A stretch of DNA of 64,000 bases from Phoronis australis. Taxonomy: Eukaryota; Animalia; Phoronida. Below, in pieces: positions 63,389-64,000 of the stretch (position 1 is the stretch's first letter; each line of letters starts with the position of its first letter). Below the pieces are notes generated by a model that had not been told where the DNA came from, searched no databases, and worked only from the letters and a program-made list of their open reading frames with translations. Both the position numbers and the translations under genes were made by a program. The stretch covers positions 2,509 to 66,508 of the forward strand of contig NMRA01000268.1 of NCBI GenBank assembly GCA_002633005.1. The letters are read 5' to 3'.

Positions 63389-64000
63389 TTAATGTCTATA
63401 GCTACACGTAGTTCTGTATTGACTTACGCTGTTATTGCAACTTCAACTCATCTGTAACGTTAAGTGTGTTTTATACTCAAATGTAACTCAGTTCCACTGA
63501 CTCGCACAAACTCGTGCCATGGTATTTATAGTTTGTTGCACTGTTCAGGAACTTGTCATCAATTCAAGCACATTCTAGAACTTTCAGAGTCTTCTGATTC
63601 TGGAAGGTTCCAGACTACAGCTCTATATCAGAAATTCTGACAAACTGCTGCGCATTGGCACTTTTCAAACAGCAGTCGTTAGTTCATTAAGTCGCCGCAT
63701 GTTAGCGCCACCAGCGGCTACGTTGAAGTTCAATGGCATCGCAACTTCACCGTTCGAAAAAAAGTTGTTACAAAGTTTTTGTTGGTTGTGTAAATGATGA
63801 AATCCTTCATGTTAAGAGTGATTTGTTTTCCCAAATGATCTTTTGTCTACTTTCTGATGTTTTTTGCCATGATACGATCTAATAGTACATGGGTGGCACC
63901 CAGCACTGAAAAAAGTGGGGGAGCTATAGCCTCCCCCAGCCCCCTGTCACTGTCAGGCAATGATGTGTTGCCCATGTAGTAGTATTCAGAGGCAGATCTA

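Overview
Eukaryotic, AT-rich genomic DNA, most likely from a marine invertebrate (inferred from the transposon repertoire; the species cannot be identified from sequence alone). There is no prokaryotic operon, rRNA or CRISPR array. The only convincingly intact host gene is an intronless class A (rhodopsin-like) GPCR at 48314-49378 (+). The rest is largely a layered transposon graveyard. Retroelements include a CR1/L2-type LINE split by an AcademX DNA transposon, an internally deleted Ngaro/DIRS element with a near-identical 190-bp split direct repeat, Penelope and HERO fragments, and tRNA-derived SINE heads. DNA transposons include hAT, Kolobok, ISL2EU-like and THAP-bearing remnants, several MITE families (some with 5-bp TSDs), and a 7.3-kb P-like element (7-bp TSD) with nested insertions, plus a 25-bp possible excision footprint of the same family. 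Tandem repeats include a 49-bp minisatellite with a 390-bp higher-order period and a ~5.7-kb hierarchical macrosatellite. Nearly all short ORFs in the supplied track are spurious or TE debris. I found no evidence for a wholly new functional system. The most interesting signals are structural: the P-like family, the macrosatellite, the mini-Ngaro and MITE-borne CTCF-like motifs. All alignments and translations were done by eye.
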